Source: an uncultured Candidatus Saccharibacteria bacterium (lineage in GTDB: Bacteria; Patescibacteriota; Minisyncoccia; UBA6257). Taken from it: a stretch of 64,000 nucleotides of DNA. Each line of letters begins with the position of its first letter. Within the stretch, counting starts at the first letter, position 1. The notes under the pieces are model-generated. The model saw only the letters and a list, made by a program, of their open reading frames with translations, was not told where the DNA came from and made no database searches. Below are positions 1 through 10,200 of the stretch, piece after piece. The stretch lies in assembly GCA_964479005.1 (NCBI GenBank), contig CAYZJA010000002.1, positions 1 to 64,000 of the forward strand, written 5' to 3'. The position numbers and the translations under genes were made by a program.

Positions 1-386
1 TCTTTTTCATGATTTTCAACTTTACTTAAATCTTCCATTCTTGTTTTTGCCACTTCCAAACGAACAACTGGTTTTGTATTTTCAGAAGCAAGATAAATCT
101 TGGTATTCTGAGTCAAAGTTTTTATTGGATATAAAACACTGCCCGGTAAAGTTGTCTGAGCAAAGGCAAAAGAAGAAACTAAAAAGAAAACTAATAAGGA
201 AGGGATGGCTACTTTTTGATACTTAGAAATAAAAGAAAAAACCGCCAGTTTGATTTTTGGCTTATCATATAAGCCGCTTTGCGGTTTGGTCTGTAAAATA
301 TGAGCTTTAAGCCAAAAAGCCCAATCTTGATCGGACTTTATTTGTTTTAAATCTTGTAATTTTTGAATAATGTCTTTTTCCTGCAT
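1..386 (-). CDS. Anti-sigma-factor-like membrane protein with DUF5667-like extracytoplasmic domain (partial; runs off window start)
   Basis: ATG at 386 (RC). Own translation MQEKDIIQKLQDLKQIKSDQDWAFWLKAHIL...KLAVFSFISKYQKVAIPSLLVFFLVSSFAFAQTTLPGSVLYPIKTL... is continuous to position 1. One TM helix, then an LPxS..YP.K motif like the DUF5667 protein at 4388..5371. Lies just downstream of the ECF sigma gene on the same strand. Not in the ORF track because there is no stop inside the window. Confidence 0.5.
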   Translation of the reverse strand, partial: MQEKDIIQKLQDLKQIKSDQDWAFWLKAHILQTKPQSGLYDKPKIKLAVFSFISKYQKVAIPSLLVFFLVSSFAFAQTTLPGSVLYPIKTLTQNTKIYLASENTKPVVRLEVAKTRMEDLSKVENHEK

Positions 387-426
387 AATTTCTTCTACTA
401 CACAAGACGCAGAAAACAAGGATTTG

Positions 427-933
427 TTACACTTCTAATTGTTCTCTAAGCGCTTGCAACGCTCGATGAATTATTACTCTTACATTATTTTCTTTCTTTT
501 TGAGTATTTGAGCAATCTCCTTACTTGATAAATCGTCCACATAATGCCAAATAATGACATCCGCATAAACAGGCTTTATATTATGAAGAACTTTTTTAAT
601 TCTCTCCATTTCCAAAGTTAATTCAATTTTCTGGGAAAAAGTGGGTTGAGCTACTTGAAAATCAGCTATTTCCCCAACCTTATCTAAAGAAATAGGCTTT
701 TTACTTTTTGCGCGATAAAAATCAATAATCTGATTCCTTGCTATTCTATAAAGGAAGGCGGTAGGATTAAAAATTTCAGAAGATTGTCTTTTCCACAACT
801 TTAAAAAAGCCAAAGAAGTTAAGTCTTGGGCTGTTTCTGTAGTATCTACACGAAGATAGACAAAACGGAAGACTTTATCTATATTTTTATTATAAAACTC
901 TGAAAATTCCTGCTTATCCATAATTAATATCAA
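427..933 (-). CDS. RNA polymerase sigma-70 family ECF sigma factor
   Basis: 168 aa with region 2 (FLYRIARNQIIDFYR) and region 4 HTH (LSSKEIAQILKKKENNVRVIIHRALQALRE). Confidence 0.85.
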   Translation of the reverse strand: MILIMDKQEFSEFYNKNIDKVFRFVYLRVDTTETAQDLTSLAFLKLWKRQSSEIFNPTAFLYRIARNQIIDFYRAKSKKPISLDKVGEIADFQVAQPTFSQKIELTLEMERIKKVLHNIKPVYADVIIWHYVDDLSSKEIAQILKKKENNVRVIIHRALQALREQLEV

Positions 934-947
934 CTAACAAATAACAA

Positions 948-1898
948 TTAACAATGAAGCTTTGAAATTACTTTAGCCAGTTTCTTTGGGTCGTGGCGGA
1001 GCAATGGCCCTTGCCTTAATAGACGAGTAAAAATCACTTTTGGTTTTTTCCAGGAACTTAGCAATTTTTTATCATATTTAACTGGTCCTGCCTTTTCTTT
1101 ATTATATTTGCCTAAATAATACTTTTTCGGTTTTTCAATATTAACAAGGAAATAGTCAATCATTCCTTTTCCAAGATATTTCTCTAATGTAGCAAAAAAA
1201 TCCTCTGCTGTAAACTTATTTGTCTCCCCATATTTTGTCATAGTATTACAGACATAAACTTTCTTTGCCCGCGATTTCTTTATTGCTTCTTTAATTCCTT
1301 TTACTAAAAAATTGGGAATAATGCTCGTATAAAGGTCGCCAGGCCCGGCAATAATAATATCCGCTTCTTTAATAGCTTTAATAGCTTCTTTATTAGCTTT
1401 AGGCTCTGGATTTAAAAAAACTTCTTCTATAAATAAACTTCCATCATGTTTTGGAACATCAATATTTGATTCTCCCACTACAATAAAATCATTTTCCAAA
1501 CGGGCAAAAAGCCGCGTATAATCCAAAGTTACGGGAATAACTTTTCCTTTAATTCCCAAAATCTTTGACGCTTCTTTAATAGCTTGATTAAAATCGCCTG
1601 TTATTCTTTCTAAAGCAGTAAGAAAAAGATTGCCAAAACTATGGCCTTTTAATCCTGTTCCGTTTTCAAATCTGTAATTAAATAAATTAGCTAAAATCGG
1701 GCTATCAGATGAAAGAGCTACCAATACTCTTCTGATATCTCCTGGTGGTAAGATCCCAAATTCTTCCCGCAAAACTCCTGAAGAACCACCATCATCAGCT
1801 GTTGTGACAATAGCGGTCAAATGAAAGGGATAATCTTTTAAACCAGTTAAAACAGTAAATACACCAGTTCCCCCACCAATAACTACAATTTTTTTCAT
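948..1898 (-). CDS. YvcK/CofD-like gluconeogenesis factor (UPF0052)
   Basis: MKKIVVIGGGTGVFTVLTGLK...TADDGGSSG motif typical of the YvcK/CofD family. Confidence 0.8.
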   Translation of the reverse strand: MKKIVVIGGGTGVFTVLTGLKDYPFHLTAIVTTADDGGSSGVLREEFGILPPGDIRRVLVALSSDSPILANLFNYRFENGTGLKGHSFGNLFLTALERITGDFNQAIKEASKILGIKGKVIPVTLDYTRLFARLENDFIVVGESNIDVPKHDGSLFIEEVFLNPEPKANKEAIKAIKEADIIIAGPGDLYTSIIPNFLVKGIKEAIKKSRAKKVYVCNTMTKYGETNKFTAEDFFATLEKYLGKGMIDYFLVNIEKPKKYYLGKYNKEKAGPVKYDKKLLSSWKKPKVIFTRLLRQGPLLRHDPKKLAKVISKLHC

Positions 1899-4381
1899 AC
1901 TACAAAATTGATGAGTTTGTCTTTAATAAAAATAACTTTTTTTATTTTCTTCTTGCTTAAATATTTTTTTATCAATGAAGAACTTTTTGCTAATTTTTCA
2001 GCTCCTGTTTTATCAACGCCTTTCTTTACTTTTAACTTGGCCCTGATTTTACCATTTATTTGAGCTATTAATATAAAGTTCTTTTCTTCTGTTAAATGGA
2101 ATTTAAAAGTAGGCCATTTTTCCTGTGCAACAGATTTTCGATGTTTTAGATATACATTCCACAACTCCTCAGATAGATGAGGGGCAAATGGGGACAAAAG
2201 CAAAACCAAACTTTCCAAATGTTTCTTATCCACTTTTTCCAAAGGAACCTCATATAACTGATTAACATATTCCATTAAAGAACTAATGGCTGTATTAAAA
2301 TGAAGTTTTTCCAAGTCTTCTGTTACTTTTTTGATGGTTTTATGCCTTGTCTTTTCCAGATTTCTCAAATTCTCTTTTAATTTTCTTTTTGCCTCTGCAG
2401 TCAAAATTAATTTTTTCTTTTCTTTCTTCTTTTTAGATTTTGCACCAATTAATGGATCTTTTTCAGCCACCAAATACCAAACCCGATTAAGAAACCGATA
2501 TATTCCGATAACTCCCTGACTACCCCATGGTTTTGAAAAAGATAAAGGCCCCATAAACATTTCGTACATTCTCAAACTATCAGTTCCATATTTTTTAATA
2601 ATATCATCAGGACTTATTACATTACCCCTTGATTTAGACATCTTTTCTCCGTCTTCACCCAAAATAATGCCTTGATTAATCAAACAAGAAAATGGCTCTA
2701 AAGTAGAAACAACTCCAATATCATAAAGAAATTTATGCCAGAAACGGGCATATAAAAGATGCAAGACCGCATGCTCCACTCCTCCAATATAAATATCAAC
2801 CGGCATCCAGCATTTTTCTTTTTTAATATCAACTAATTTTTTCTTATTCTTTGGATCTAAATAACGCAAAAAATACCATGAAGAGCCTGCCCATTGCGGC
2901 ATTGTATTTACTTCTCTTTTAGCAGGACCTTTACATTTTGGACATTTTACATTTACCCAAGAGGAAATATCCGCTAATGGCGATTCACTCTTTCCACTTG
3001 GTTGATATTTTTTAATTTCAGGCAGTTTTAACGGCAATTCACTCTCCTTTAGAGGCACATTACCGCATTTAGAGCATTTAATTATAGGAATAGGTTCCCC
3101 CCAATATCTCTGACGGGAAAAAATCCAATCTCTTAATTTATAACGGACATTTTTCTTACCTCCAATATAGAGAGCAATTTTTTCCTGGGCTATTTTTGAA
3201 GAAGTACCATTAAACGGCCCGGAATTCATTAATATTCCATCTGATGAAATAACCTCTTTTACTGGCAAACGAAACTGCTCGGCAAATTGAAGGTCCCGTT
3301 CATCATGCGCAGGAACAGCCATTATCGCCCCTGTTCCATAACTCATTAAAACATAGTCAGATACCCAAATCGGCACTCTTTCCCTGTTAGCGGGATTTAT
3401 AGCATACGCTCCAGTAAATACTCCGCTTTTTTCTTTAATTTGAGCTTGCCTTTCAAAATCTGATTTTTGTGAAGCTTGCTCAATATACTTTTTTACTTCA
3501 GAGCTGGAACTTTCTGAAGTAATTTTTTTTATTAAAGGATGCTCTGGCGCTAATACCAAATAAGTAGCCCCAAAAATTGTATCGGTTCTGGTTGTAAAAA
3601 CTTTAATATATTCTTCATGCCCAACAACCTTAAATTCTATATCCACGCCTTCAGAACGGCCAATCCAATTTCTCTGCATTGTTTTTACACGTTCAGGCCA
3701 ATCCAATAGATCCAAATCCTTTAATAATTTATCTGCGTAAGCTGTTATTTTTAAAACCCATTGTTTTAATTTCTTCCTTTCTACTAAAGCACCGCAACGA
3801 TCGCATTTACCTACAACAACTTCTTCATCAGCTAAAACAGTTTTACAAGAAGGACACCAGTTAACAGAAATTTCATCTTCATAAGCTAAGCCGTGTTTAT
3901 AAAGCTGTAAAAATATCCATTGAGTCCATTTATAATAATTAGGATCAGTTGTATTAACTTCTCTCTGCCAATCATAACTAAATCCCATTGCCTGAAGCTG
4001 CTTGCGAAAATATTTAACATTTTTCGCTACTACTTCTTTTGGGTTTTTCTTGGTTTTTATGGCATAATTTTCTGCTGGTAATCCAAAAGCATCCCATCCC
4101 ATTGGGTGTAAAACATCATAACCTTTCATCCGATAATAACGCGACAAAATATCAGAAGCTGTATATCCTTCTATGTGTCCGACATGAAGTCCTTCTCCTG
4201 AAGGATAAGGAAACATATCTAAGATATAGATATGTTTCTTTTTAGGCTTATAAGAACCTTGCTTCGCAAGAACCTTGTTATTCGCCTTTGGCTCATAATC
4301 AGCAGTATGCCAAACTTTATAATTGTTTTTAGCCCAAATATTTTGCCATTTGGGTTCAATTTTATTAGGTTGGTAGGACAT
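1895..4381 (-). CDS. leuS: Leucyl-tRNA synthetase
   Basis: 828 aa with HVGH and KMSKS motifs; PYPSGEGLHVGHIEGYTASD and MGWDAFGLPAENYAIK match class I LeuRS. Confidence 0.95.
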   Translation of the reverse strand: MSYQPNKIEPKWQNIWAKNNYKVWHTADYEPKANNKVLAKQGSYKPKKKHIYILDMFPYPSGEGLHVGHIEGYTASDILSRYYRMKGYDVLHPMGWDAFGLPAENYAIKTKKNPKEVVAKNVKYFRKQLQAMGFSYDWQREVNTTDPNYYKWTQWIFLQLYKHGLAYEDEISVNWCPSCKTVLADEEVVVGKCDRCGALVERKKLKQWVLKITAYADKLLKDLDLLDWPERVKTMQRNWIGRSEGVDIEFKVVGHEEYIKVFTTRTDTIFGATYLVLAPEHPLIKKITSESSSSEVKKYIEQASQKSDFERQAQIKEKSGVFTGAYAINPANRERVPIWVSDYVLMSYGTGAIMAVPAHDERDLQFAEQFRLPVKEVISSDGILMNSGPFNGTSSKIAQEKIALYIGGKKNVRYKLRDWIFSRQRYWGEPIPIIKCSKCGNVPLKESELPLKLPEIKKYQPSGKSESPLADISSWVNVKCPKCKGPAKREVNTMPQWAGSSWYFLRYLDPKNKKKLVDIKKEKCWMPVDIYIGGVEHAVLHLLYARFWHKFLYDIGVVSTLEPFSCLINQGIILGEDGEKMSKSRGNVISPDDIIKKYGTDSLRMYEMFMGPLSFSKPWGSQGVIGIYRFLNRVWYLVAEKDPLIGAKSKKKKEKKKLILTAEAKRKLKENLRNLEKTRHKTIKKVTEDLEKLHFNTAISSLMEYVNQLYEVPLEKVDKKHLESLVLLLSPFAPHLSEELWNVYLKHRKSVAQEKWPTFKFHLTEEKNFILIAQINGKIRAKLKVKKGVDKTGAEKLAKSSSLIKKYLSKKKIKKVIFIKDKLINFVV
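4249..4280 (-). repeat. AGGTTCT direct-repeat element copy, in frame inside leuS
   Basis: ACAAGGTTCTTGCGAAGCAAGGTTCTTAT on the minus strand encodes NKVLAKQGSYK within a lineage-specific insertion in LeuRS. Confidence 0.6.
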
Positions 4382-4387
4382 AAAAAA

Positions 4388-5371
4388 TTAATTGGTAGTT
4401 GTAGCAATTCCTGGCGGTGGTGTTTTTGGTAAACGCCCTTTAGGAATTTTTGGAGTTGGTATTGGTAATACCTTTATAATATTTTCTATAGTGCTAGTAG
4501 CAAAACCCTGTTTTTCCAAAACCTGAACTTTTTGCTGTATCTTATTTTCCAATCTTTCTTTTAACTGTTCTGCTTTAGCCTGAACATGGTCTGAATAATC
4601 TCCTAAATTCGTTTGCTGAAGTTGCTCCTGCATACTATTCATTATTCGTAATTGTCGAAATTCTCCAATCGGCGCAGGTTTTAATGATGGTAATTCTTGC
4701 AATTTGTTCTCCAAACGATTCATAAACTCTTCCTGGTTTTCAAATCTTAAACGAAGAAGAGGCAGAGTTTGATTAATGTTTTGGCGAACTCTTTCAACTT
4801 GAGCAACAGCTTGAGGAACTTTTTCTAAAATCTTATCCAATACCTCTGAATGGCGAATTTCGGCTTCAGTCATTTTATCAAGAAGCTTGTCTATATTCGG
4901 ATTTTCCGAAGTTTCTTTTAATGCCTCCATTCTACCTCTTAATCTGCCCATTGTGTCTGTATAATTATCAAACGCTTTTTCTAAAACTTCTATCTTTGGA
5001 GTTTTTTGAGCCATTACATCTGCCTCAGCTAATTTTTCTGAAAGTATCCGCAGTTGTACTTCGCTCTTTTTTATTGGATCTCTAGTCCACCCTACTTTCA
5101 AACCCCTCCACCATTCTTTCAAAAAATAAAAAGGACTGGTAGGAAGTAATCCTACTCTCTTTAAACCTAATGCTTGAGGTACAGAAAGCTCTTCTTCCTC
5201 TAGCAAAGTCGTTGTGGTTGTATCAATAATCGTAGTGGTCGTAGCATCTCCAACCGTAGTTGTTGTAGCATCAATAACAGTAGTTGTGGTTGTTTCTTCA
5301 GCAAATATCAAATTTGCAGAAACTCCGCTAATTAAACCACAAATTAGCAAACTCAAAATTACTTTCTTCAT
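4388..5371 (-). CDS. Secreted DUF5667-like protein with Thr-run linker
   Basis: Signal peptide, then TTTT repeats (ETTTTTVIDATTTTVGDATTTTIIDTTTTT), then LPTSPFYFLKEW... coiled-coil domain resembling DUF5667. Confidence 0.5.
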   Translation of the reverse strand: MKKVILSLLICGLISGVSANLIFAEETTTTTVIDATTTTVGDATTTTIIDTTTTTLLEEEELSVPQALGLKRVGLLPTSPFYFLKEWWRGLKVGWTRDPIKKSEVQLRILSEKLAEADVMAQKTPKIEVLEKAFDNYTDTMGRLRGRMEALKETSENPNIDKLLDKMTEAEIRHSEVLDKILEKVPQAVAQVERVRQNINQTLPLLRLRFENQEEFMNRLENKLQELPSLKPAPIGEFRQLRIMNSMQEQLQQTNLGDYSDHVQAKAEQLKERLENKIQQKVQVLEKQGFATSTIENIIKVLPIPTPKIPKGRLPKTPPPGIATTTN

Positions 5372-5395
5372 ATTTTTTTTATTTACTATTTTTTA

Positions 5396-7174
5396 TTATT
5401 TTTTAACTTCTTTTAAAATTATATCACAAAATTTAGTAATTGTCATGCTTCCAATATCACCTTTTTTTCTCTTTCTTACCGCAATATTCTTCTTTTTCTC
5501 TTCTTTATCTCCAACCACTAAAATATAAGGAATCTTTTGAATCTCTGCTTGCCTTATTCTTTTAGATAATGTTTCATCTCCAGCCAAAAGCTCAACCCTT
5601 AATTCTTTTTGTTGGAGCGATTGCATAGTCTTTTTGGCATAATCAGTGTTTTCATCTTTTATTGGAAGAATAACAATTTGAACTGGAGCCAACCATAAAG
5701 GAAATGCCCCGGCAAAATTTTCAATAAGTATACCCATAAATCTTTCAATGCTGCCTAAGATAGTTCTGTGCAACATAACAGGTCTTTTTTTGTCTCCATT
5801 TTTATCAATGTAAAAAAGGTTAAATTTTTCTGGCATAATAAAATCCAATTGAATCGTGCCGCATTGCCAGCTTCTACCTAAGCAATCTTTTAAATGAAAA
5901 TCAATTTTTGGCCCATAAAAAGCTCCATCCCCCTCCTTTATAATATAATCCATCTTTTTTTCTTCTAAGGCCTCCCTTAGTCCATTTGTGGCATTTTCCC
6001 ATATCTCATCAGAGCCCATTGCGTTTTCCGGCTTAGTGCTGAGTTCTACATGATAAGAAAATCCAAACTTTTTATATATGCGGTCCGTTAAATCTATCAC
6101 CTTTTTTATTTCATCCTTAATCTGCGCTGGAGTCATATATATATGAGCGTCATCCTGAGTAAAGCACCTTACTCTAAACAGACCTGCCAAAACCCCAGAT
6201 AACTCATGCCTATGGACTAATCCTAATTCCGCCACTTTTAATGGCAAATCCCTATAACTATGTAAAGAATTTTGATAAATTAAAATTCCTCCTGGGCAAT
6301 TCATTGGCTTGATAGCATAATCCTCTTCATCAATCTTTGTGAAATACATATTTTCTTTGTAATGGTCCCAATGGCCCGACTTCACCCATAATGTTTTATT
6401 CAAAAGTATTGGAGTTTTAACTTCAGTATAACCACTTTCTTGATGCTCTTTTTTCCAATAATCCTCTAAAATATTTCGCAGAATCATTCCTTTGTTATGA
6501 AAAAAAGGAAAACCAACTCCTTCGTCGTGAAAACTAAATAAATCCAGTTCTTTACCTAGTTTTCGGTGGTCTCTTTTTTCCGCTTCTTCTAATAGGTATA
6601 GGTATTCTTTTAATTCCTTCTCTTTTGAAAAAGCAATTCCAACAATCCTTTGCAACATTGGATTAGTCTCTTTGCCACGCCAATAAGCGCCGGAAACTTT
6701 ACTAAGCTTGAAACTTAAAGGAAGGTCTTTAGTATTCTTTACATGCGGTCCGCGGCATAAATCTATAAACTCGCCTACTTGATAAATTGATACTGTTTTT
6801 GGAACTTTAATTTTTTCTTTTTTATCTTTAATATTTGATATTTTATTTTGTTCTGTGGTTCCATATTTTTCTAAATCCTTCAAAAGCTCAATTTTGTAAG
6901 ATTGTCCTAATTTTTTAAAAATATCTTTTGCTTCTTTCAAAGAAACATCTTCCTTTTTAAAAGGTATTCCCTGTTTAATAATTTTTTTCATTTCTGCTTC
7001 AATTTTCGGCAAATCTTCCATAGATAAAGTTTTACCAATATCTATATCATAATAAAAACCGTTTTCTATTGTTGGCCCAACACCAAATTTAGCCTTAGAA
7101 TATAAATTCTTTACAGCTAAAGCTAATACGTGAGCCATAGAATGGCGAATAATTTCTAAAGAATCTTGTTTCAT
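5396..7174 (-). CDS. thrS: Threonyl-tRNA synthetase (no N-terminal TGS domain)
   Basis: 592 aa; HSMAHVLALAVKNLY and class II aaRS core; starts at the N2/editing-domain region. Confidence 0.95.
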   Translation of the reverse strand: MKQDSLEIIRHSMAHVLALAVKNLYSKAKFGVGPTIENGFYYDIDIGKTLSMEDLPKIEAEMKKIIKQGIPFKKEDVSLKEAKDIFKKLGQSYKIELLKDLEKYGTTEQNKISNIKDKKEKIKVPKTVSIYQVGEFIDLCRGPHVKNTKDLPLSFKLSKVSGAYWRGKETNPMLQRIVGIAFSKEKELKEYLYLLEEAEKRDHRKLGKELDLFSFHDEGVGFPFFHNKGMILRNILEDYWKKEHQESGYTEVKTPILLNKTLWVKSGHWDHYKENMYFTKIDEEDYAIKPMNCPGGILIYQNSLHSYRDLPLKVAELGLVHRHELSGVLAGLFRVRCFTQDDAHIYMTPAQIKDEIKKVIDLTDRIYKKFGFSYHVELSTKPENAMGSDEIWENATNGLREALEEKKMDYIIKEGDGAFYGPKIDFHLKDCLGRSWQCGTIQLDFIMPEKFNLFYIDKNGDKKRPVMLHRTILGSIERFMGILIENFAGAFPLWLAPVQIVILPIKDENTDYAKKTMQSLQQKELRVELLAGDETLSKRIRQAEIQKIPYILVVGDKEEKKKNIAVRKRKKGDIGSMTITKFCDIILKEVKK

Positions 7175-7234
7175 AATACTGCCTATTTAAAGGTTGTTAA
7201 ATATTATATGTTTTATATTAAAAACTTTCAAGCA

Positions 7235-10200
7235 TCAGCCCTCTATTGGCTCAATTTCTTCCAATCTTTCCCCAATAATCTGATAACTGCCATTTCTTTT
7301 ATCCATCCTGCCTTCAACCAATAATACTTTGTCTTCTCCAAGCACGGCTAAATTATTAGCTAATACTGCTGGATATAAAACGACTTCAATAGAATTATTA
7401 TAATCAGCCAAGCGCGTAAAAACCATTGGTTTTCCCATTTTTGTTCTTACCTTTTGAATGCGTGAAATAAAACCGCAAACCTTAATTTTTCTTCCAAGAT
7501 GACGAGGGTCTAATTGGCTGACTGTAAGAGCTATTTTACCTAAAACATTTTTATAGCTATCCAAAGGATGACCAGTAAGATAAATGCCTAAATATTCTCT
7601 TTCCCAATTCATTCTTTTTGTTTTGTCAGACGGCTTAATTGAATTATTCCTTTTAAAATGTTCAAGTATATCATCGGACTTACCCTCATTGAACAAACTC
7701 ATTTGCTGGTCGTTTTTATGATTATGAAATCGATAAACCCAATCTAAAATTTCTTCTAAATGATCGGCCATTAATTCTCTATCTCCAAAACAATCTAATG
7801 CTCCGGCTTTAATAAGACTCTCCAAACTCTTTTTATTTAGAGCCTGACGCGGCATTCTTTTTAAAAAATCGGTAAGGTTTTTAAAAATGCCGTTACTTTG
7901 CCTTTCTTCCTGAATCATAGTGGCAACTCCCTCACCTACATTTTTTATGGCTGCTAAACTAAAATAAATATTCCCTGTTTTTTTGTCTGTACCAAATTCT
8001 GCAAAAGATTCATTTACAGAGGGGGGCATTACTTCAATGCCTAATCTCTGACATTCAGCTATTTCAATGGCAATTCTGTCTAAATTACCAAAGTCTGAGG
8101 TCAAAAGAGCAGCCATAAAAGCATTTGGATAATGAGCTTTAAGCCAAGCTGTTTGATAAGTGATGCGCGCGTAAGAAGCGCTATGGCTCTTGTTAAAACC
8201 ATAACGCGCAAAAGGTTCTACCCAAGCCCAAATTTTTTCCGCGACTGACTTCTTAATATTATTCTTTATCATCCCTTCTATTAATTTTTCTTTCTGAGCC
8301 CGTAATAATGTTTTAATCTTTTTACCAACAGCTTTTCTAAGAACATCAGCCTCAGCCATAGAAAAACCTCCCAAATCATGCGCTATTTGCATAAGTTGCT
8401 CCTGATAAATACAAATATTATAGGTTTTTTCTAAAATTGGTTTTAATTTAGGATGAAGGTAAATAATTTTTTCTTTTCCCCTCTTTCTATTAATAAAGGA
8501 TGGAATGAATTCCATTGGCCCAGGACGATACAAAGACAACATGGCTATAATATCTTCAAATTTTGTTGGTTTTAATTCCTGAAGATATCTTCGCATACCC
8601 TGTCCTTCCACTTGAAACAGTCCTACTGTATTTCCATCAGAAAGTAATTTGTAAGCTTTTTTATCTTTATACCCTACTTCATCCAAGTCTATTTCATCGC
8701 CATAAACCTTTTTAATAATTCTTAAAGCATTTTTGATAATGGTTAAATTGGCTAATCCTAAAATATCAATTTTAAGCAATCCAATTTTTTCCAAAGAGTA
8801 CATATCATACTGAGTGATTACCTCTTGGTCATTCCTGCTTGAATGTTGTAAAGGGCTATAATTAACTAAAGGTTCACGGGAAATAACCACTCCAGCGGCA
8901 TGAGTGGAGGCATGACGAGCCACACCCTCTAATTGCTGAGCCATATCAATAATGTCTTGGGCGTCGGTATTGGTTTCATATAATTGCCTAAGCTCTGGGA
9001 CTATACTTAATGCTTTTTTAATTGTTATATTTTGCGGAAGAAGTTTGGAAATTTGATCTCCTAAAGCATATGGATGGCCTAATGCTCTGGTAACGTCGCG
9101 AACAGCCAAACGGGACTTCATTATTCCGAAAGTAATAATCTGAGCCACGTGATTCTGCCCATATTTTTCAGTAATATAATTGATTAAATCCGCTCTTCTA
9201 TTATCAGCAATGTCTAAATCTATATCTGGCGGTTGAATCCTTTCTGGGTTTAAAAAACGTTCAAAATAAAGCCCATGCTCTAATGGGTCAACAGATGTAA
9301 TGCCTAAAACATATGCAATCAAACTTCCAGCTGCAGACCCTCTTGTATTAGTCAATATGCCTTTTTCTTTAGTAAAACGAATAAAGTTCTCAATAATCAA
9401 AAAATAATCGGCAAAACCGGTTTCCTTAATAACATCTAATTCATAATCAAACCTATCTTTAGCTTCTTTATTCTTTAAAGAATATACCTTCTTAAAATTT
9501 TCTAAGGATAATTTTTTTAAATATTGGAAAGAATCTTCTTTTTTAGGTGTAGTAAAATGCGGCAAAATTACTTCTCCAATATCAAGCTCCAAATTGCATT
9601 GCTCAACTATTTTCTTGATATTTTCAAATAATTCAGGGTGGTCAGAAAAATCCTTTGTAATCTCTTCTGGCGATTTAAAATACAATTCCATTTTTTTCAT
9701 ACTCAAACGATCTTCATTTTCAATATCAGTCCCTGTTTGAATTGCCAAAAGAACATCTTGAGCTTCTTTATCTTCTTTTTTAATATAATGAAGATCAGTT
9801 GTTACAATTGCCGGAATATTCAATTCTTTGGAAATTTTCAACAACCCATCATTAATCTTTTTCTGATCTGGCAATTCTGGGTGATGTTGTAATTCTAAAT
9901 AAAAATTATCTTTTTCAAAAATTTTCTGATATTCTTTAGCTAATTCTAACGCTTTTTTAAAATCTTCTACCAAAAGCGCTGAGGGAATTTCGCCTTTTGC
10001 GCATGCTGAAAGCGCAATCAATCCGTCACTATGTTTTTTTAAAACTTCCTTGTCTATACGAGGTTTATAATAAAAACCCTCCAGTTCTCCGATAGTAACC
10101 AGTTTTAATAAATTACGATAACCTGTTTTATTTTTCGCCAAAAGTACAAGATGATATAATTTAGCATCAACTTTTGGCGTTTTATCAGTAAGAGAACGCG

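Noticed and set aside
41-226. 61-aa plus-strand ORF
   Set aside because: Antisense to the better-supported anti-sigma-like gene at 1..386.
223-386. Apparent frameshift splitting the anti-sigma-like gene into a 53-aa ORF plus a separate TM/DUF5667 ORF at a poly-T tract
   Set aside because: I first counted 7 T's. On recount the run is 6 T's (plus-strand GAAAAAACCGCC) and the reading frame is continuous from the ATG at 386 to the window edge, so there is no frameshift.
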